The notes below the pieces were generated by a model. The model saw nothing but the letters and a program-made list of their open reading frames with translations. It was not told where the DNA came from and searched no databases. From the IMG/VR virus record IMGVR_UViG_3300010049_000009, positions 224,001 through 288,000 of that record: 64,000 bases of DNA; one strand, written 5' to 3'. Source of the DNA: a virus (taxonomy: Duplodnaviria; Heunggongvirae; Uroviricota; Caudoviricetes). Each line of letters begins with the position of its first letter. Position 1 is the first letter of the stretch. The translations under genes and the position numbers were made by a program. Of the stretch, positions 58,681 to 64,000 are shown piece after piece.

Positions 58681-60606
58681 ATGAAAGCAAGTAAATATCA
58701 AGAAGCGATCTATGATTGGGTAAAAAATGGTAAAGGAAGTTGTGTAGTTGAGGCTATCGCCGGATCGGGTAAAACTACTGTGTTGAAAGATGTGGTAAAA
58801 CTCATTCCTGACGACAAAAGAGTGTTGATGATAGCCTTCAACAAAAGTATTGTTGATGAACTTCAAAGAAAAATCCAACAATCGAATACAAAGATATGTA
58901 CATCACATTCATTGGGTTTTCTTATGTTGAAACAACATTTCAAATATCAAGATTACACCCCACAACTAAATGTAGATGAATACAAATATCGTACCTACAT
59001 TAAAAGGGAATTAAAAACCCTTACATTGGGCATTGAGTTTAAGGATAGAACAGAAGCGGAAGAGTTTAAAGAAGTAATTCTATCTTTGATTGATTTGTGT
59101 CGCTTTTACTTGTGTGAAACCAACGAACAGATTGAAACAATCGCCGAAAAATATAACTTTTTAGTTAATTCAGACCACGTCAGAATTATTAAGAATGTTA
59201 TTAATTGGGGTAAAACAAACCTCGAAACAATAGACTTCGGAGATATGGTAAGTTTACCAAATTATCTGAATATTGTTATCAATTCGTGTAAGTATGATTG
59301 GGTGCTTGTTGACGAGGCACAGGATTTGAGCGTTGCCCAACAAGAGTTGGTCAAAAGAACTGCAAAGAAAGGTGGTACAAGGTTTATATACGTTGGTGAC
59401 GGTTCACAATGTATTCAAACATTTGCCGGAAGCGACAACGAAGCGTTTCAAAAATTGAAATCCCTTCCAAATACCATTTCACTACCATTGTCAATTAATT
59501 ATAGATGTCCTTCATTTGTTGAGGGTCTTGCCCGACAATTTGTACCAAACTTCGAGGTTTTCAATAAACAAAGAGCAGGTATAACAAGACGTAATGTTCG
59601 TGTGGTAGACATTAAAAATAACTCTATGGTTATTTGTCGCAAAACACAACCACTGATTGAACTCTATCTTATGTTAATCAAAGAAAACAGAAAGTGTTAT
59701 ATCAAGGGGTTGGATATTGGAAACACCATTATTGAGGTGATAGAAAGATTGGATACACCATATATCGCCGCTGATTTGAGAGGTGATGGTGTAATACCAA
59801 AATTGTATAAACAATTATTTGAGCATCGGGATTCTATTATGAAGAAATTCAAAATTGACGTGTATGATGCCACAAATGAGAGTTTCTTCCAGCGAAAACT
59901 CGAAACAATTAACGTTATAAAGGCGTTGTCAGAAGGAATTACCGAAACATACCAACTGATAGATAAATGTAAGAGGGTTTTCAGACAACAAAACACTGAC
60001 GGTATTTGTTTGATAACAAACCATAAAGCCAAAGGGTTGGAAAATGATGTTGTCTATCATCTTTGTCCGTCATTGCTTCCCGACAAAAGAGCAAAAAAAG
60101 ATTGGGAAATACAGACAGAACAAAATTTAGAATATGTTCTTTACACCCGGACAAAAAATGAGTTTTATACCATATCGGAAGAGGATTTTCCTCCACCACA
60201 AGGTAGTAAAGATATAAAAGAATTAGTGGCATATCTCAAAGAGGTTGAACATATGTTAAGTAGAAAAACAACAGATGTTGAGAAGTCAAATGTTACAAAG
60301 AAGTTAGAACCACCTAAACCCAAGACCGAATCACAAAAAAAGGCGAGTGATTTAATGGATAAGGTAATGGAAAAGAAAAAAGAAGAGTTTGCTCTTATCC
60401 AAAAGTATAACCGAATTATGGTTGGTAAAACAATTGAAGATTGTTATATTATCTTCAATGATTTCGGAATAACATCTGACATTAATATCGCCACAATCAA
60501 CGGAAAACCGTATGAGGGTAGAAAAAAGGGTAAAAAAGATACAATTAACGTTGATATTGATGATCATAAATTAATAGTTTTAGAAGTAGTAAGAATAGGA
60601 AAATGA
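58681..60606 (+). CDS. UvrD/REP-like superfamily 1 helicase
   Basis: AIAGSGKTT, VDEAQD, VGD..Q, LSINYRC, HKAKGLE, YVLYTR. Confidence 0.92.
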   Translation: MKASKYQEAIYDWVKNGKGSCVVEAIAGSGKTTVLKDVVKLIPDDKRVLMIAFNKSIVDELQRKIQQSNTKICTSHSLGFLMLKQHFKYQDYTPQLNVDEYKYRTYIKRELKTLTLGIEFKDRTEAEEFKEVILSLIDLCRFYLCETNEQIETIAEKYNFLVNSDHVRIIKNVINWGKTNLETIDFGDMVSLPNYLNIVINSCKYDWVLVDEAQDLSVAQQELVKRTAKKGGTRFIYVGDGSQCIQTFAGSDNEAFQKLKSLPNTISLPLSINYRCPSFVEGLARQFVPNFEVFNKQRAGITRRNVRVVDIKNNSMVICRKTQPLIELYLMLIKENRKCYIKGLDIGNTIIEVIERLDTPYIAADLRGDGVIPKLYKQLFEHRDSIMKKFKIDVYDATNESFFQRKLETINVIKALSEGITETYQLIDKCKRVFRQQNTDGICLITNHKAKGLENDVVYHLCPSLLPDKRAKKDWEIQTEQNLEYVLYTRTKNEFYTISEEDFPPPQGSKDIKELVAYLKEVEHMLSRKTTDVEKSNVTKKLEPPKPKTESQKKASDLMDKVMEKKKEEFALIQKYNRIMVGKTIEDCYIIFNDFGITSDINIATINGKPYEGRKKGKKDTINVDIDDHKLIVLEVVRIGK

Positions 60607-60845
60607 AAGTAGTAATAACATTTAAAGTAGATGAGGAAACATTAGAAATGGCAATCCGAAACGCCTTGTATTATCGCATAAAAGTTAATAAAACAAACTT
60701 ATTGCAAATTATCAAAGACGAGGTTCATGGAAAAGGTCATTCTGTAATTGATTTTCCCGAACATTGGGGAGACGACTTAATGGATATAGATGACGAAGAA
60801 GTTGAAATGTTAGTAAACAAGTATAGAAACTTAATAGGTAAATAA
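60603..60845 (+). CDS. Hypothetical protein
   Basis: ATGA overlap with the helicase stop. Confidence 0.6.
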   Translation: MKVVITFKVDEETLEMAIRNALYYRIKVNKTNLLQIIKDEVHGKGHSVIDFPEHWGDDLMDIDDEEVEMLVNKYRNLIGK

Positions 60846-60900
60846 AATGAAAAAGATTGAGTATTTTGTGGTAAAAGAAGTCGGAGAATTAACCGTATAA

Positions 60901-61000
60901 CATCGGAATAATATTCCAATTTTATATTAGGTGTTATAATATCAAAAATATTTGAGATAGACAAGAAGTACATCGGATTAATATTTTGATTTTATATTAG
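60901..61000 (+). promoter_or_regulatory. Tandem duplicated promoter (70-bp period) upstream of metK
   Basis: catcggaataatattccaattttatattag (60901) and catcggattaatattttgattttatattag (60971). Confidence 0.72.
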
Positions 61001-61046
61001 TGAACATATAAACGATATATTTTTTTAACAAATTAAATTTTTAAAT

Positions 61047-62201
61047 ATGAATAGTATAGTAAAAACGATTAGTAGCGAATACGTAAGTAGTGGACACCCC
61101 GATAAAATGGCGGATTGGATTGCAGATGCAATTGTGGATGCATGTCTCAGAGAAGACCCAAACTCTCGTTGTGGAGTTGAAGTAATGGTAAAAGATAACA
61201 TAGTTGTCTTGGGTGGCGAAATAAAAACGAACGCGGTTAAAACAAACTTTGAAAACATTGTAAAAGATACGTATGCAATTTTGGCTTTTCCTCATAACCA
61301 TAATCTTGATCCTTCAAACATTAAGGTTATAAACTTGATTGGAAAACAATCCGTTGAAATCAACCAAGGAGTTGATAGGGAAGATGGTGAAATCGGGGCT
61401 GGAGACCAGGGTCACGTTTGGGGTTATGCTTCTAACGACACAGATGTTTTTATGCCGTTAGGACATTACATTGCCAAAAAAATTGCAAACTATGTGTCAA
61501 AACAACCATTTTTGGGTCCTGACACAAAAAGTCAAGTTATTGTTAATGAAAGCGCAACCGGAAAAGAAGTAACCTATATTTTGGTAAGTACAATGCACCA
61601 AGTATTAACCCTCGATGAGGTGCGTGACCAAGTGCGCCAAATGATACTTACAAACGAAATGGGGTTAAGTGAAGATATATTCAAAAAATATATCAACTCA
61701 GTCATTAAGATTGATGTCAATCCATGCGGAAGTTGGAATGTGGGTGGACCCGTGAGTGATGCGGGTGTTACGGGAAGAAAATTGGTAGTAGATGCCTTCG
61801 GTGGTTATGCAAGAATTGGTGGGGGTGCTACCAGCGGCAAAGATATGTCAAAGGTTGATAGGTCTGCCCAATACGCCTGTCGTTGGTTAGCGAAAAATAT
61901 TGTGGCGGCAGGTATCGCCGACACTGCCGAAGTTGGATTAAGTTATGCAATTGGTGTAGTAGAACCTTGTTCAATCAACATTGAATTGAATAGAAACCAA
62001 GAACTTGTACCGGCAATATTGGAATACATTGTAAGAAACGTCAGATTGACCCCAAAAGCAATTATGGAGAGATTTGATTTCGCAAACCCACGATTTGAAA
62101 TAGTTACCTGTGAGGGTGCATATGGACACAATGACAATTCCATAACATTTCCTTGGGAGAATTTGAATCTCAAATATGATTTAGTAGGTTTGTTAAAATA
62201 A
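61047..62201 (+). CDS. metK: S-adenosylmethionine synthetase
   Basis: SEYVSSGHPDK, GAGDQG, PDTKSQV, DAGVTGRK, GGGATSGKDMSKVDRS. Confidence 0.97.
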   Translation: MNSIVKTISSEYVSSGHPDKMADWIADAIVDACLREDPNSRCGVEVMVKDNIVVLGGEIKTNAVKTNFENIVKDTYAILAFPHNHNLDPSNIKVINLIGKQSVEINQGVDREDGEIGAGDQGHVWGYASNDTDVFMPLGHYIAKKIANYVSKQPFLGPDTKSQVIVNESATGKEVTYILVSTMHQVLTLDEVRDQVRQMILTNEMGLSEDIFKKYINSVIKIDVNPCGSWNVGGPVSDAGVTGRKLVVDAFGGYARIGGGATSGKDMSKVDRSAQYACRWLAKNIVAAGIADTAEVGLSYAIGVVEPCSINIELNRNQELVPAILEYIVRNVRLTPKAIMERFDFANPRFEIVTCEGAYGHNDNSITFPWENLNLKYDLVGLLK

Positions 62202-62218
62202 ATATATGTTTGTATCTG

Positions 62219-62256
62219 AACCCCCATTTTTGGAAAATTAAGAATGGGGGTTTTTT
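62219..62256 (+). terminator. Intrinsic terminator after metK
   Basis: aacccccatt...aatgggggtt stem followed by a T-run. Confidence 0.8.
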
Positions 62257-62299
62257 AAAATGATTATCCGCAATAATACCCCGAAAAATCCGAAAACAG

Positions 62300-62326
62300 A
62301 TCGGATAAATAACTTCTATTTATATT
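62300..62326 (+). promoter_or_regulatory. ATCGGATAA-N12-TATATT promoter overlapping CTATTTAT motif
   Basis: Both promoter classes are superimposed (CTATTTAT at 62316-62323). Confidence 0.65.
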
Positions 62327-62335
62327 AGGGGTAAA

Positions 62336-63196
62336 ATGATAAAATTTAGTGATATGACAAATGAACAAAAAATAATAGTAGAAGCGGCAGCGAAACGTTT
62401 CCAAACTTTATCCGGTGTGGATAACATTATAATAAAGGAAAGTAACGTGAATAGAATTAGACATTGGGTAACAACCAAAGAAATTGCTATTATTAGTGGT
62501 TGGCGCGATGAAATAAAAGATGTTGTTTCAAACACCGAAAATCAGTGGGATATTGAAAATGTGGGTACAAAACTTACCACAAGTGAAAAAAAAGTAAGAA
62601 ATAGAGAATTAAAATCTACGTTATCTACTTTAGAATATGGTATAACACCAATCAAAGGTAATTTTTGGGAACGATACGGAACAAATAATCAAGTTGAAGT
62701 TAGAGAAGACTCCTACTTTGTTGTTAATTTGAATGATGACCCTAATTTTTTCAAAAATATTTTTGAACTCGGTGTTTATTATAATCAAGACGCTATACTA
62801 CATTCACCAAAAGGTAGTATTGAAGGGTCTTTAATTGGTACTAATAATTGTGAGTATTTTGGATATGGAACCAAAAGAAAAGCAGGAAATTTCATGTCCA
62901 ATGTTGAAAGTGAATTTATGAGTAGAATTGGGAGTATGGGTTTTAGTTTTGTTGAAAAAGAAAAAACAAGAAAAGATTCTAAACCAACTTTTGATGATAG
63001 AAAAAAAATAAGAACTGATAATAATGGTGTTGTATCCAACAAAGATATATCAGAAAGTTTAGACGTAGTATTCACACTTGGATTTGCTGCAAGACATTTA
63101 TGTAATGAAGAAGCGAGAAAAATCTTAATTCCATTAGGGTTAACAAATGAAGGAAAACGAATTGGGTATAAAAATTATCGTAATTTTTTAGTTTAA
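62336..63196 (+). CDS. SAM lyase (T3 SAMase)/DUF3293-like protein with leader
   Basis: IISGWR...RNRELKSTL...IKGNFWE...VREDSYFVV...LGVYYNQDAIL parallels T3 SAMase VSAFR...GCYRE...EE...EQDCVL (recalled sequence). Confidence 0.55.
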   Translation: MIKFSDMTNEQKIIVEAAAKRFQTLSGVDNIIIKESNVNRIRHWVTTKEIAIISGWRDEIKDVVSNTENQWDIENVGTKLTTSEKKVRNRELKSTLSTLEYGITPIKGNFWERYGTNNQVEVREDSYFVVNLNDDPNFFKNIFELGVYYNQDAILHSPKGSIEGSLIGTNNCEYFGYGTKRKAGNFMSNVESEFMSRIGSMGFSFVEKEKTRKDSKPTFDDRKKIRTDNNGVVSNKDISESLDVVFTLGFAARHLCNEEARKILIPLGLTNEGKRIGYKNYRNFLV

Positions 63197-63259
63197 CAAA
63201 TGAAAGGGATAATGGGGTATAATTGCGGATAATCATATTTTTTTCTATTTATATGTATT

Positions 63260-64000
63260 ATGAATATGATAGAACAAAATTTTCTTGTGGAAAGTAGTAA
63301 TAATTATTTAGATAAATTCCAATTCATATTAGGATATAATCCCGCAAAGGGTGGGCAACTTAACGAATCATACCATAGTGAATACCGTGGTTATACTAAC
63401 GTGGGGTTTGTTAAAGACGGTAATCAGTGGACAGCAAAGGGTGGTGATGCATATTTGTTTGTTAATCCCGATCTTCCCGAACACGTGCGTTTTAAGTTCT
63501 TAACAGATAAAGACCTTAATGCTAATTATATTAGTCAACTACCAATATCATTATCGTCAGCTCGTGTAACATTATATCCCGAATATGTGGGAACAATTTA
63601 TGACGAATTAATTAATGGAAAACCAAAAACCGAAGAGGATAAAGAAGCGGATTTGGTTAAACATAAAGAGTTCATGGCAAAATTGAATATCCAAAAAGGG
63701 AGGGTGGTTTTACTACACACTTCCCCACATAGAATTACAGACGGATACATTAAATCAGGTATAAAAAATAATTGGACACCAAACAACGCACAAGGTGGAA
63801 TATTCTTTTGGGCAACCAAAGAACGAGGAATTGATGCAAGCGGTGGTAATTACCATTACTATTGTGCTCTTCCTATTGGCGAAGTATATGATGGTAAAAA
63901 CAACCCGGAAGATTTTAAAGACGATTATGAAGCATTGGAAAAAGGATACAAAGTAATTGTTAATGAATGGAAACAAGGTGGTGTAAGCGGCGGATTTGCT
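63260..64000 (+). CDS. Partial ORF (>=247 aa, not in ORF track); possible ADP-ribosyltransferase-like fold
   Basis: Open from ATG 63260 to the window end; leader ...FILGYNPAKGGQLNE; VLLHTS...GIFFWAT; CTATTTAT at 63245. Confidence 0.7.
   Translation, partial: MNMIEQNFLVESSNNYLDKFQFILGYNPAKGGQLNESYHSEYRGYTNVGFVKDGNQWTAKGGDAYLFVNPDLPEHVRFKFLTDKDLNANYISQLPISLSSARVTLYPEYVGTIYDELINGKPKTEEDKEADLVKHKEFMAKLNIQKGRVVLLHTSPHRITDGYIKSGIKNNWTPNNAQGGIFFWATKERGIDASGGNYHYYCALPIGEVYDGKNNPEDFKDDYEALEKGYKVIVNEWKQGGVSGGFA

Larger units (their letters stand above)
62260..63236. repeat. 23-bp inverted repeats (62260-62282 and 63214-63236) enclosing one gene and its promoter
   Basis: ATGATTATCCGCAATAATACCCC versus GGGGTATAATTGCGGATAATCAT, 22/23 reverse-complement match. 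Confidence 0.85.

Noticed and set aside
62200-62335. tRNA or SAM riboswitch near metK
   Set aside because: Structure is explained by the terminator, inverted repeat and promoter; no cloverleaf or SAM-riboswitch core recognised.
63224-63255. TGCGGATAA as another ATCGG promoter copy
   Set aside because: No TATATT at 12-nt spacing; it belongs to the right inverted repeat.
1-64000. Stop-codon reassignment (TAG to Gln as in Lak phages)
   Set aside because: Core genes are full length in code 11, and TAG ends ORFs at 27286, 35611 and 44014 right before the next promoter or start.

Overview
This is a 64 kb segment of a very large, AT-rich tailed dsDNA phage (jumbo or megaphage type) read in the standard genetic code. 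The host is most likely Bacteroidota, based on Bacteroidetes-type sigma70 genes, TAnnTTTG promoter boxes and the lack of Shine-Dalgarno sites. Positions 14481 to <1 (minus strand) hold one uninterrupted ORF of at least 4827 aa that the ORF track missed, built from about 49 tandem Cys-containing Ig-like (He_PIG-type) repeats. The rest encodes replication and repair genes (DnaB-like helicase, SbcC/SbcD, PolB, UvrD-like helicase, RNA ligase), terminase, nucleotide and one-carbon metabolism (DHFR, ThyA, class II RNR, Nudix, MetK), three DNA methyltransferases, MgsA, a CX5R phosphatase, two sigma factors, ParB, DnaJ and probable virion proteins. Main findings: (1) a SAM-lyase-like gene directly after metK, enclosed in 23-bp inverted repeats; (2) an exactly spaced promoter motif ATCGGATTA-N12-T(A/T)TATT in 8 copies, plus a separate CTATTTAT late-type motif; (3) two families of N-terminal leaders ending in (L/I)-x-E on unrelated cargo proteins, suggesting a capsid-packaged, protease-matured effector set. 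All family assignments come from motif recognition by eye; no database searches were run.
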